In this document: positions 38,316-51,981 of the stretch, piece after piece | How positions within the stretch are numbered: the first letter of the stretch is position 1 | Layout: every line of letters starts with the position of its first letter | Source of the DNA: Elsinoe ampelina | Lineage: Eukaryota | Length of the DNA: 64,000 nucleotides | Assembly (NCBI GenBank): GCA_010093995.1 | Contig: ML992501.1 | Span: forward strand, 1,731,583 to 1,795,582 | Reading direction: 5' to 3' | Notes under the pieces: generated by a model | What the model was told of the DNA's origin: nothing | Databases searched by the model: none | What the model saw: the letters and a program-made list of their open reading frames with translations, nothing else | Made by a program: the position numbers and the translations under genes

Positions 38316-41300
38316 TAATTACAACTAGTAAGATAAGAGGTTAATTACGTCTATTTATTAAGATATTAAGACTTAGAAAAAGAAGAAGAAAAGCTAGTAT
38401 ATAAAGCATATATAATATCGAGAGCGAAGTAGCTAGAAGCCCGGGCTACGATGCTAAAATTACGTAACTAATTCCTAAACTAGATTCTAACTAAATCTAG
38501 TTTATATCTATCTTATATTACTACTTTCCCTCTTAAATGCGTTTACTCTTAAACGCTATTATACATTATTTGTCGATCTATTTTAGCCTTAGCTTATCTA
38601 TATAATAGTCTAGATAGTCGTATAGTACGTTAGCTACTCCTTTAAGATTATTAATTAGCTACTAGGTAAGATTCTCTAGATAGCTCTTCTAGCTTATATA
38701 AGTAACTAGCTTTCTTTATAGTATATATATATTAATTACATCGTTTACCTTATACTTCTCTTTACTATCGACCTCTACTAGAGGTAGTTTATTAAAGGCT
38801 TAGCCTAGTAGAGAGTTATTTAGGTACTTAGTAAGAAGGTTAGCGTAGAACACTAGGTAGATCCTCTATAGCGTAGCTAGTAGATTAAGCTTATATACTA
38901 GCGGTGATTGTTTCTTAAGAATCTTATAGGGACCGACATGCTTTAGTAGTAGCTTTAGATTGCCCTATAGCTAAAGGTTCTTTATCGATAGCTAAACTAA
39001 ATCGCTAGCCTTAAACTTAATTAACTAGTAGTACTTATTTACTTGTTTTACTATCTATAACTAGGTAATAGCGAGGTTAGCCTTAGTAATAGCTAGTGCC
39101 TCTTCTAGTTACTTAGTAAGTGTATAGATGTTAATCTTATTTAGCTTAGCTCTTATTAATAGTACGTTAAAAGAGAGCTAGAAGCTTAGCCTAGACTTAT
39201 ATCCTCTAGTAACCTTAAAGAGTAATAACTTAGTACTTTCTAATAGGCTAGTATTAGTAGAGAACTCTACTACTAGTAGAATAAGGGTCTAATTACTAAA
39301 GCGCGTAGCGTATAAACGAATAACTTACTTAAACTTATAATTTATAATCTCTAATTAGCTATTAGTTTAAGAGTAGCTAGTAGTTAAGAGCTTAGCTATA
39401 ATTTTTAGAATCTAGTAGAGCTTACTCTATATATCGCTAACGAACTAGAGACTATAGTTAGAGGTAATACTATCTAGTAGGCTATATAGTTTCTATACGT
39501 AGAAGAATAATAACTTAGTAGTCTTAAACGCTAAGGTCCTTCTATCTCTAGAGAAGTAAGGGATTAAGTGTCGTTCCTTAGATAAACAATTAACGATATA
39601 GAGTACTATATTATAGCTATTAGCTAAGGGTAGACTAGTAACGAAGTCTATTATAATATATTACTAGAGCCTTTCTAGAATAGGTAAAGGCAATAGAAGG
39701 CTAGCTAGTAAGCTATAGTAAGCCTTTAAGCGTTTATAGTTATAGCAATTAGTAACGAATCTCTTAATTAAGTTATTATAGCCTAGAATAAAAAAGATAG
39801 TCTTAATTATAGTAGCTATTTTAGTAGCTCTAGTATATGTATAGTTCTTCGATATATAGACCTCTTAGATAACCTTTATAGCTATTAACTATAGTACGAA
39901 TAGTTAGCTAGCAATCTATAATATTCCTTTATTAATAGTAACATTAGTTAATAGTAGCTATTTCCTCTTTAGGAAGGTCTCTATTATATAGTAGATACCT
40001 TAAACTATTTTATACTTAGCGTTCTATAAGTTAGCTTCGGCTACTTCTTTAAAAAGAGGTAAAGGCTCTTCTATAGCTATTATAGGTGCCACGTAGATGC
40101 CTAGTTTAGTAGCTAAAATAGGCGCCGATATAAGTTACAAAATAGAAAGTAAGATAGGTAATAAGCTAGACAACGAACTAGTTTATAAACTAGATAACGG
40201 ACTAGATACTAGTTTAACTCGAGCTAGTAATCTAGTTTAGATACGACCTAGATTTAGTTTGTTAATAATGCGTAGATCGAGTACCTTATATAGTAATAAT
40301 GTCTAGCAGAGGTTAGAGTCTTCCTTTAAGTATAGTATATCTCTATTCCTTCTTATAAGTGTATTAGCTTTGCCGTTAGTAGCGCTAGGCCTATATACAA
40401 TCTTAAAGTTAAACTATACAAGGTAGAGGGCCTAGTATACTTAGTAGCGTAATAGCTTCTAAGTCTTTATAAAGTATATTAAGAATTAGTAGTTAGTAAG
40501 GACGTAGATAGCCTTATTAGATTAAGTACTTATAAGCTCGAGGGCCTACTCCTCGAAGGCTTAAATAATAGCTAGTAGTTCTTTATTATAGATAGTATAG
40601 TTATATTTAGCTTTGTTTATAGACTTACTAAAAAGAGTAATAGGCTAGAGAATGTTAGATTTATTATATTATAATAGAATTCTAGTAGTAGTAGTGTTAG
40701 AAGCGTTAGTCTCGAGGACTATCTACTTTAAGTAATTAAAGTATATAAGGATAGATACACTTATAATAGTATACTTTATATAATTAAATATAGTAGTACA
40801 CTTATCGTTCTATAGTATAGCGTCTTTCTTAAGTAGATTATTTAATAGCTTAGCAATAGTGCTAAATCCCTTAATAAAGTAATAATAGTAGCTATAGAAG
40901 CTAATAAAGCTCCTTACCTAAGTAGTGTTACTAGGGGCTAGCTATTTCTATACTTATATAGCTTCTACCTTCTTAGAATCTATCTTAACTCTATCTCGGC
41001 TAATAATAATACTAAGGTACTTTACCTCTATTAGGTAGAACTTACTCTTCTTAATATTAGTGTTTAGGCCTAATTTATAGAGCCTCTAGAGTACTAACTT
41101 AATATACTTAGTATATTCTTAGTAAGAGTTATTAGTGTAGATAAGAATATTATTAAGATAGATTAATATAAAGTACTCTAGTATATTAACGAAGTTATAA
41201 TTTATAAACCTCTACTATATAGTAGAGGCGTTAGTAAGGCTAAATAGTATTACTAGCTACTTAAAATTACCTATGCATATAGAGAATATAGTAAGGTCCT

Positions 41301-44300
41301 TACTATTAATAGAGTTATAGAGGTAGTAGAAGGCTTAGTAGATATTAATCTTACTAAACTACTTAGCTTTACTTATGTACGTAAGTGTTTCTTTAATAAG
41401 AAGTAGTAGATAGATATCTTACTTAGTTACCTTATTAAGGCTATAGTAGTTAACGTAGAGATAGAGTCTACTACCTAACTTATAAATAAAGAGAATAGGC
41501 AAAGAGTAGCTAGTAGAGCTTAGTATAATAAAGCTCTTATCGAGGTACTTATAGATAAACTATTCTACTATATTAAGCTCGTCTAGTAAAAGGCGGCGTA
41601 GGGGTTTAGTGCATAGTAGTTTAGCTCTATTCTTAAGTGTAATTCGATTGTTAAAATCTAGCTAGTATAGAGAAAGTATATTAGACTACTCTTTAGAGAA
41701 GATATTAGCGAATTTACGTAGCTCCTCTAGAAGAACTACTATAGGGTCTAGCTCTAGCTTAGAGGCTATCTAGTAGTAATCCTTAATGTTCTTTACTAAG
41801 ATTATAAATACCTTATTCTCTTAGTATCGAGCTACTAATATAAAAGTAATAGCGCTAATAAAGGCGATAGTTAGTTCTTCTTATTTAGTGTTACTTACGT
41901 AGGTAGGTATATAGAAGAACTTATATATTAACTAAGTACTATAGGAGACCGGTTTAAACTCCCCTTAATCTAGCTTAAGGTTCGACCTAAGAGCTAGTAG
42001 TTAATATAATCTAGTTTATTCTATCTTAGTAGCCGAACTAGAACCTAGTTTACAAGTTAAACTAGAACTAAACTAGTTCTAAACTAGAGCGGCGGCCTTA
42101 CCGAGCTAGATTCCTAGATCTAAGCTAGGCTTAGATCTAGATTCTAGTCTTTTAATTAGCTATAGTAGCTCCTACTCGATAACGACTAGTAAAAACTCTT
42201 CTTTATACGTAACTTAGCTATACTTATAGTTAATAGTAGCCCTATTAGCCTTAAGCTAGCTAAGGCTAAAAATAATATTAAAACAGCTAATATCTATAAT
42301 ATAGAAGGTAGTAAGAGTGTTTAGCTTACTAGAGACAGTAGTAGTAAGAGGAACGCTATAAGTAACTTACTCTATTAGAACACTATTATAGGCTTAAAGC
42401 TAAATAGGACTAGCTAGTGCTATAGAGTAGCCGAAGCTCTTTAGCTTATCGAGGATATTATAATTAACTACGGCGCTAATAAGTACGCTAGTGTCGATAA
42501 AGGCTTAAAGTATAATAATATATAAGTAGTTATAGGAGTCGTAAATAGTAATAGGAGTTATAATAGCAGGGATATAGTAGCTAATAACGCTGTTTATTAA
42601 GTATATACCTCTAGATCTATCTCGAATTACTCTTATTCTACTAGAGAATAGAACTTATTCTCTAGCTACTCGTTTCTCTAGCTAGAGAAACTAGTAGGTT
42701 TATAGTCTATTTCGGGGTTGAACTAAGGCTAAACTAGATTTAGTTTGTAAGCTAAACTAGTGTCGACTTAGTTACTTAACTTAGCTAAGTAATTCTAGAG
42801 CTACTATATTTCTTCTATAGCGCTAATACATATAGGGTATATAGTAGCGTAAGTAGCCTTCTCTAAGGCGCTAGCTATATACTTAGTAGAGATATATCTA
42901 GGCTTGCCGCATGTGTAATAGGTAAGTACTAGAGCTAGACGGAAAGGCTATAAAGCACCTCTAGTAATAGAGTAGAAGGTAGGCGAAGCTATAGGCGTAG
43001 AGGTAGAATAAGATACGTAAGTAGGTATAGTAGTAGCATAGCTTATAGCTAGCATAGAATATAAAGCCTAAGTACGCTTAGTAATAAGGTTATTCTATTA
43101 GATATTATAGTTAGTAGCGTAGGCCTTAGTAATAAAGGTAGTAAGGTTATTAGTGTCGTAGTTAACTAGAGTATTACGTAGCTTATTAGATATCTTCTAA
43201 TAGATCTAGTATAGCTACTTCTCTTTAGTAATCTTAGTGTAAAGGGTATACTTATTAAACTTGCTAATAAAGGAGTTAAATGTACTATTATGCTAAAAGA
43301 GATTAGTAAACTAAGTATATATAGTAGCTCTATAGTTAGGATCCTCGAAGCGCTAGACTATAGAAGAGTAAGAACCTCTTTAACACTAATAACGTTATTA
43401 CTAGCTAAGTCTATAATAAGGGTATAGACTTCTCTAGAGAGGCGTAAGTATAGATAGGTAAACTAGGTATCTCTTATAGAGAAATAATCTATATTAGTAC
43501 ATATCTTATTCCTTATCTAGTACTTAAAGACCTTAAACTACTTTAGTATACCTATGCTAAAGATAGTAGAGTCTAGTATCTTTTCTAACAAGATAGAGCT
43601 ACGTATAGAAAGAGCTAGTATACTATACTCTATCTCGTTTCTTAGTTAGTTTACCTTAGCCTTAAGCTCTTAGATTTTGTCTAGGTAGTAAGTAGCTTAG
43701 GTAGTAATACTATTAGTATAGAACTAAGATATATCTAGTTTAGATTAGAGGTTACTAAGCTAGGCCTAAGTAGTATCTAACTTATAGTAATAGTAGAGAG
43801 CGTTAATATAAGTGCCTTTTACCTATATAGTCTACTTATTATAGAAGGACTTAATATAGTTAAATACGTCTCTTAGTACCTATATACTATACTCTTCCTA
43901 TAGCTTCTTAAGAAGTATAGCGTTAGAGAGGGTAAAAAGATTATAGTAGAGAGAGTAGATAGAAGTATTATTATTATTAGAGATAGGTTAAGGTAGCTTA
44001 CTTTAGTAGCGCTCTTCGTTACTATAGTTAGATCGAGCTATGCTTAGCGTAGTTAGTTATAAATAAAACAGTATAAAACGTTAATACGTAATAAAGAGAA
44101 TATTAAAATTTTTAGCTAGTAGCCTACTTCCTTTAAGAGTCGTCTATAACTTAACTTATTACCTTCTTCTTATATCTTTAAGATTTATAGTATTAACCTA
44201 TATAGTAGTAGCGAGGATCTATTATAGTGTGCGTAGGAACTATAGTTATAATAGCTTCTTCTTTAATTCTTTATAAGTAGTAGTTATTAGTAGTTACATA

Positions 44301-44575
44301 AGTAGTAGAATAACTAGATAATTTAATAGCTCTATTACTTAGTCGCGGTCGTTTTAAAGTCTCGATATAGTAATTACAACTAGTAAGATAAGAGGTTAAT
44401 TACGTCTATTTATTAAAATATCGAGACTTAGAAGAAGAAGAAGAAAAGCTAGTATATAAAGCATATATAATATCGAGGGTAGAGCGGCTAGAAGTCTAGG
44501 CTATAATACCGAGATTACGTAACTAATTCCTAAACTAGATCCTAACTAAATCTAGTTCGTATCTATCTCGTATTA
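38316..44575 (-). mobile_element. Full-length Ty3/Gypsy chromovirus (family E), RIP-inactivated
   Basis: 205-bp LTRs at 38316-38520 and 44371-44575. TSD CTATT. PPT at 38521-38535. RT IYLDDILIY relic at ~41137-41165. Chromodomain relic at ~38620-38770. No extra 3' region. Confidence 0.93.
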
Positions 44576-47500
44576 CTATTAGTTACTTATCTTAGGCTAC
44601 TTAGATATAAAGCTTATACTTTAGATAAGCTTATTATAAGTAGTAATAAGCTTATACTAAGGACTTATATTAGCTATTTAGTTAGCTATAACTTAACTAA
44701 CATCTTTAGGATCTTTATACTATTCTCTAAAAAGGTTATTAGAATAAGAGATATTAGATTTAATAAAACTTAGTTCTATAAACTAGAGGAATAACTGTAA
44801 TAGGAACTATAAACTTACGACTAGTAGACAGACGTCGGAGATACGTTGTTCCGGCTGCGATTCTATACAGTATATATAGTAGTAGTTCCTAGCCTTCTAT
44901 AGAGAGGTTAGGAATTTATTGTTGTATTTATATAGTATATACTTCTCCTCTATTGCTTCTCTGTCTTAGAGACATCGTACCTGCCCTATCTAGATACTCT
45001 ATTATAATTTAAATTCCTCCTAAAACTATAGTTAAGATAGCCTAGGTCGATAGTCTTAATATAGTTAGCTTAATAAAGGACTAACGGATTATCTACTATA
45101 GATGCTATATCTACTAGCTCGGTAGAAGCTACCTAATTGAAACCTATCCTCTCTAATGTATCTAAGGAGGAGCTACGTACCGCCTAAGAAGAGCTAGCTT
45201 AACTCTACTAGAATAGAAAGTATATAGAGATCTAGAGGGCTCTTATAATTAAGTATAAAGGACCCCTTCGGAAGAGAACCTATATTAATATATAGAAATA
45301 GTAAGAGAAGTCTAATAACAATAATTAGTTATACTAAGATAGTATCTCTCGAGAAACCCCTAATCTAGATATCTCTCTAGAGATGCTTTCCCTTTAGATT
45401 AACCTTAAGAAAGTACAAAAGCTAGAGGTACTAGAGAAACTAAAGAGATATATATACCTCGCCGACGTAAAGGTGTTTATCCGATCGTACTATGCCGTCT
45501 TTAGGGTCTATAAGTATATCTATCTTACTAGTAGAGATCGAGCCTAGTTTATAGCTAGCTATCTAGATAGATCCCTCGCTATAATATAGAAGAGCTATAT
45601 TAATAACGTAGGACCTTAGGCTAAGAACTAGAGCTACTTTTAAGAATGAATTAAAGATTGTATTATAGATAAGAGTAACTAAGCTCTAAAATATACCTAA
45701 CTATTCTATAATAGCGCTTAGAGGTCGAACTAATTAGTCGCTAAGTTTACCTAATACCTTAAAGAGTGTGCTAAGGAAATTAGTAATACTACTATAAACG
45801 AGGCTTAGTTCGTAAGCTACCTCGTTAACGGCATAAAGCCTACGTATTAATAGAGCTATATAGTGCTCTAAGACTCTCTAAGGGGCAAAGACAAGGCTAT
45901 CTCCTACTTTACTTACATTAAGAGTATATTTAGGAGCTAAGCTATCTCTAAGATAATATATATCTCTTACTACTTCGTAGACAAGCTAAAGGGAGGTAAC
46001 TAGAAATTCTAGAATAACAAAAATAAGGAAAAAAGAAGGTTTAAAGACCCTACGTCTAGAGTTAATACAACTCTAATACTCTGTCGCCTTAACCTCTTAG
46101 AGGTAAAGTGCTATAGGTGTAAGTAACCTAGCTATATCTGCCTTAACTGCCCTTGTAACAAGACAAAAAACTAAATACCCTAGCTATAGATCTCGCCTCT
46201 ATATAGCTAGGAGTATCTAAAGAAGGTCCGCTACTAAGCTAACTAAGGATAGACGTTTACCTTAGTTAGAAAGGTAAGGCTCTATCTACTAATTATATAG
46301 CTATATCTCTTATAGATTTAGGAGCTAATATTTGTTTTATTAACTATTATTACGCAAAGGAGAAAGAAGTCTACCTATGCACTAATAGCATAATAAGAGT
46401 AAAGTCCCTCGACTAGTACGAGATACACTTATATAGATACTACTATCTTATAGTAGAAGCTACTAACTACTATAGCGTTACAAAGGAGATTTAATAGTAC
46501 TTCGAGTCGGTAGAGATAAAGAGATACAACTTAGTACTAGGCTAGATATAGCTCTTTAGTATTAACCTAGACATCGATTAGTAAAGCTAGAGGTAAAGAC
46601 ATTGCTCTACTAGTGTTAATATAACGCTCCTAATAGTAGAAGAATTTACTAAGGAAATAGTAGAGTAGCTATAGTACTATATAGTTTTCTTAAATGTAAT
46701 CTATAAAGATAACGCTCTAACGTTATAGAGTAGGCTTCTAAGCTAGCTCTATAACTTCTTAGATGTATTTAACAATAAGAAAGCTATTACTATATCCCCT
46801 TTAGTGCTATATAACTACTTAATCGAACTTATCGAAGGGAAGTAACTCCTATAGAGACCTATTTACGCCCTCGTAAAGATAGAGCTAAGTGCTCTTAGAG
46901 AGTACCTAGCTAAGAATTTAAAGCTAAGCTATATTTACTACTCTACTAGCCCTATAGAGGCTTCTATCCTCTTTATGCCTAAGGCTAACAAGTTGCTATA
47001 TCTCTACGTCGACTACTAAGGTCTTAATAATATCTTAGTAAAGAACTACTACTCTTTGCCCCTTATTACCGAGATGCTCGATAGAATCTAGAGGGCTAAG
47101 GTATACTTAAAAATAGATCTTAGAGACGTATACTACTATATCTAGATTAAGGGAGGTAACAAATAGAAGATAGCGTTTCGATATAGATATAGACATTTTA
47201 AATATGTAGTTATACCTTTTAGCCTTATAAATGCTCCTACTACCTTCTAGTTATATATTAGCTAATGCCTTAATAGCTTAGTTAATTACTACTATATCGT
47301 CTATATAGACAATATTCTTATCTACTCCCGAGATCTGTTATAGCACTATAGGTATATTAAAGAAGTTCTAGCGTAACTTAGAAAGTATCTTCTTTTTATA
47401 AAGGCTTCTAAGTACGCCTTTAAAGTTAAGGAAGTACAGTTTCTAAGATACGTTCTAGGCCCTAAGGGCATCTCGATAGAGCCCTAGAGAGTTTAAGCTA

Positions 47501-50269
47501 TTATAGACTAGCTAGAACCTACTTCCCTAAAAGAACTCTAGATCTTCCTTAGATTTGTAAACTTTTACTAACGGTTTATTAATAGCTACGCGGAGATAAT
47601 AAGATCTATAATATAACTACTTATAGGGAGCAAAAATAAAAAATAGATAGGTCCTTTCTACTTTACTAATAGTGCTAGGCAATTATTTTAATATCTTAAA
47701 GACTGCTTTATAACTACTTCCCTTCTATAGTTTTTTAATAAAAGTAAAAATATAAGGATATATACTAACTCCTCTAGATTTGCTATCTCTAGGATTACTA
47801 TATAACTATTCGGCAACGGCGGAGAGAAGGTAGTCTAATAGTACTCTATTATATACTATTCGTAGAAACTATAGGGAGTAGAGTTAAACTAGCCTACGTA
47901 TAACTAAGAGCTACTCGCTATCCTCGAGGTAGTATACTACTAGTAGTAGTATCTCCTCTCTGTTTCTTCTACTACTACTATGTTTATAAATTATAATAAC
48001 CTAAAATACTTCTTAATAACTAAGACGCTCTTAGCTTAATAGGCCTACATTAGCGAAGAGCTATTATAATATAATATCTAGATTACCTATAACCTAGAGA
48101 AGCTTAATTCTACTAACGGACTATCGAGGAGACTAGACCTAGATACTAGAGACAAGTAAGCCGAGGTAGACTTATACCTATAGGTCCTAAGAGACTTATA
48201 TAAGAGGCTAGAGAGATATCTTCTCCTTAACGCTATAATAGTAGCTAAGTAGGTTAAGTTAACCTAAGACGTATAAGGTAAGATACTAGATATAAACTTA
48301 GCAGTTACCGAGGACTTCTTACTAAGATAGTATAGTAAGGTAGAGTATACTAGGAGATCTAAAGATACCTAAGAGAGTATTATAGCCTAAGGCAAGATAC
48401 TAGATATAGATACGGAAGCTAAGATAGCTCCCTATAAGGGTAGAGATAGTAGGTCTACTTCTCTAGAGGTAAGTAGTTCCTTTTACTATTCTCTATAGAT
48501 AACTATAGTAGAGAGATTATAGAAAGATCGCGGAGAACTTACTAGCCCTAGACATCTATATACGATAGCTACGAAAGAAGACAATACGTGTAAAGAGGCG
48601 CCACTAAGGCTACTTAGCCTAGTAAAGAGGCTATAGCGGTAAGATACTATAGTAGAGACAATACTAAAGCGTCTCGGCAATCCTAAAGAAAGGGAGACTA
48701 CTAAGAGAGAGAGCTAGAGATAGTAGAATAATAGCGTTCTACTATTTTAAGATAAAGTCTTTATCCTAGCTATAAAAATGCTAACTACGGAGATACTCTA
48801 TAGAAATTATAATAATCTAATAGCGGGCTACCTTAGAATAGAAAAGACACTCTTTGTACTAAAGTAGAAGTACTATTAGAAGGGTATAACGATAGACGTT
48901 ACTAGATATTTAAATTACTATAACGAGTGCTAAAGAATAAAGGTTCCTTAATATCGGCCCTATAGTAAAATATAGACTCTAAGATTGCCCCCTATTAGAG
49001 AAGTACTCTAGTATTAGTTAATAGACTTTATTACTAATTTACCTCTAGGGAAGAACTAATAGAGCTCCGTTACTAATTCAATTTTAGTACTAGTAGATAA
49101 AGTGTCTAAATATGTTAGATACGTTCTAGTAAGAAAAGATATAGAGGCTCGAGAGTTAGCTAACATTATAGAGAAGAAGATCCTTAGTCGCTATAGGTTT
49201 CTAAGAAGCTAGATTACCGATAGAGGCACCCTATTTAAGTCTAAATTTTAGACGTTTCTCTACTAGAGATAGAAGGTCTAGAGACGCCTCTTAATAGCGT
49301 TCTACTCTTAAACTAATAGCGCTATAGAGAGGTAGAACTAGATAATCGAATAGTACCTAAGGGTATTTATTAATTTCTACTAATATAACTAGCTATACTA
49401 GCTATATTAGGCTAAGTTTGCCTATAATAGCTCCTATAGCACATCGCTAGGGGTAAGCCTACTCTACTACATTTACGGAATAGTCCTATATCTCTCTAAC
49501 AATATTAAGGCTAACGCTATAGAGAAGAAGGTAGCCTTATAACTACTAGAAGCACTAGTAGTAGAAGTAAGAGTAAAGGCCCTATAAGACATAAGAGAAG
49601 AACTTAAGTAGTATAGGCTTAATACTATTACGTAGTAGGAGGTATACTATAATAAGAAGCACTAGCTAATAAGGTTTAAGAAAGGCTAAGAAGTTATACT
49701 AAGTACTAAGAACCTCTAGTTTCTCTAGCTAAAGAAGAAGCTAGTAGCGAAGTTTATAGGTCTATTTACTATCGCTAAGATAGTAGGCTACTAAGTATAC
49801 TAACTTAACCTTCTAGTATATATAAAATCGATCTACTTAACCTTTTACGTATCTCTTCTTAAGGCTTATTAATAAAGTAATAACGTTACTCTACTACTAG
49901 TAGAGATTAAGAGGAAAGAAGAATACAAGGTTAAAGAGTTAGTTAATAAGGGCCTTATTAGAGGTAAGACTTACTATAAGGTACTCTAGAAAGGCTATTC
50001 TAAAGAGAAAGCTAGCTAGAAGCTAATAGAGCATCTATAGAATACTATTAGTAAAATTAAGAACTTTAAGAAGAAGAGCCTTATTCTAAGTATAATAGCA
50101 AAGTAACGCTATATTAAGTAAGAGGCTTATAAGGCTTAAAGAGCTTAAACTTACGCTATAGAGAAAGAGAAAGATAAGGGAATAGCATAAGATTAAGATT
50201 TAAAAAAGTAAGTCTATGTTATAAAAAAGTATAACGTTAGCCTAATAACATGTCTCTAACGTAATACTA

Positions 50270-50822
50270 GCGGATTATAAGAGGTCTATCTTAACCTTAT
50301 CCTCTAAATCTTTAGGCTTATCTAGCTCTACTAGCTTAAGGATAAGATTGCTACGTAGGAACTCTATTATATCTTTGTTAGACTCCTAAATATAAATAGT
50401 AGTATTAAAGGCACGCTAGGTTAAAATAAGACTCTTAATAAGTAGAGTATAAGAGACATTATACTACTATAGGTTAGCTATTATAGTAATAACGTAGAAT
50501 AAAAACATATAAAGACATATTTAGTATAGAAGTGTTAATAGAGATAGTAGCGGAGGAAAGTGCCTATATTATTATTATAAATATATTAGGACTAGGCCTA
50601 CTTATAGTTAAGGTATATAGTAGTCTAGTAGCAAATATAAGACTTATACTAACAGTAGTACACTAGCGTAGCGTAGTTAGAAGAGGTCTAGAACTGTAGG
50701 AACTTAAGCTTAGAGCTCTTACTATAGTTATAGTTATAGTTACTAGAGAAGTCTCTACCGAATCTAAGACGGCATATCGCCTCTATAATAACATTAGTAA
50801 TCTTTAGAGACTCGAAGGACAT
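50270..50822 (-). pseudogene. Possible second antisense accessory gene of Gypsy F (Cys/His-rich, one intron)
   Basis: ATG at 50822, frame with only TAA/TAG stops, intron-like 50467-50520 (ATATGT..GCTAAC..TAG). Boundaries uncertain. Confidence 0.4.
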
Positions 50823-51289
50823 AGCGTAGCTAGAGTTATTAATCTAATTAGTAGAGATATAGTAAGTTATAATACTATAAGATTCTAATATTGTAGTATA
50901 GAAGTTAAGTAGATAGAGAGAATAAGGGGTCTAAGAAGATTAAGGAGAAAGAGAAAGAAGATAGTATATATATGTTACTTCTCTATTATCTAAACAATAA
51001 TACTCTCCTTAATAATACCTACCTCGATAATAGACCTTTAATAATATAATAATACCTAAGGGGATAATAGGCCCTAATAAAGAAGCAAGAGTAATCTAAG
51101 AGCTATAGCTTCGCTAGGGGCTATAAAATAAAGAACTTAGGCAAAAAGAAGAAGTAGAAAGTAAAAAACTCTATAAACTCTAAAAGGCAAAATCTATCTC
51201 TAATAGCTCTAAGCTATTACATCGACTAAGGAACCTATACTTATACCTAGAAACCTAAATACTATACTAGTAACTACCTTAACTCCCTA

Positions 51290-51981
51290 AATCTCTTAAG
51301 CTCCGCTAGTAATACTACTAGAGGCTAGCGTAGCAGCGTAGGTAAGAGCCTTCCTAGTAGGCTAGGCGCTAATAATCTTTGCTAATAACTCGTTAGTCTT
51401 TTAGCTACTAGTAAGTAAGGTAGCAAAGTCCTTATAGGTCGTAGGCGAATTGTTATTAGAGTTAGATTCTTCTCTCTTTCTCTTCTTCTCGGTAGAAACG
51501 TATTTAGCCTTAAGAGTAGTAATATATCTCGCTATTATAGTATAGGCGTCGTAAACGCGCTACTTGTTAGCTAGTATAGCGTCTAACTCCTTATCCTTAT
51601 TAGTACAATAATAGGTGTAGATAGCCTTATAAGTAACTCTAGTAGCCTCGAGTTTGTTACTATAGCGCTTAGGGAACTAGAAGTATTAGCATTGCTTCGA
51701 TAGAGAATAGGCATTAGACCTACGAAGGTATAGCTATTATAGCGGAGCTTATAGAGCTAGTAGAAGGCATAATTATTCTACTCCTTATAGTAGCGAGGGT
51801 CGTTAGTAAAGTTAGTATTGTCTAACATTATATATTTAATAGTAAGCTTAAGGTAGTTAATATAAGAGCTCTCTATAATAAGAACGATATTAGCGCGACT
51901 AGGAGATAATAGTAGAGTACCTTCGCGCTAGATCTAGCTATAGTTAGGTCTACTAGAGGTAGTACTTACTAGAGAAGACAT
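51290..51981 (-). pseudogene. Antisense, intron-containing accessory gene of Gypsy F (six-Cys finger, KKRKR NLS-like motif)
   Basis: ATG at 51981. Introns 51873-51920 and 51677-51723 (GTAGGT..GCTAAT..TAG). Inferred C-x2-C-x20-C-x9-C-x2-C-x6-C with an intron two codons after the last Cys. EKKRKREE at ~51468-51491. 3' end approximate. Confidence 0.65.

Noticed and set aside
17463..48680. Short ORFs at 17463, 37060 and 48486
   Set aside because: Chance stop-free runs in RIPed TE DNA. The 17463 ORF is in a different frame from the inferred antisense gene.
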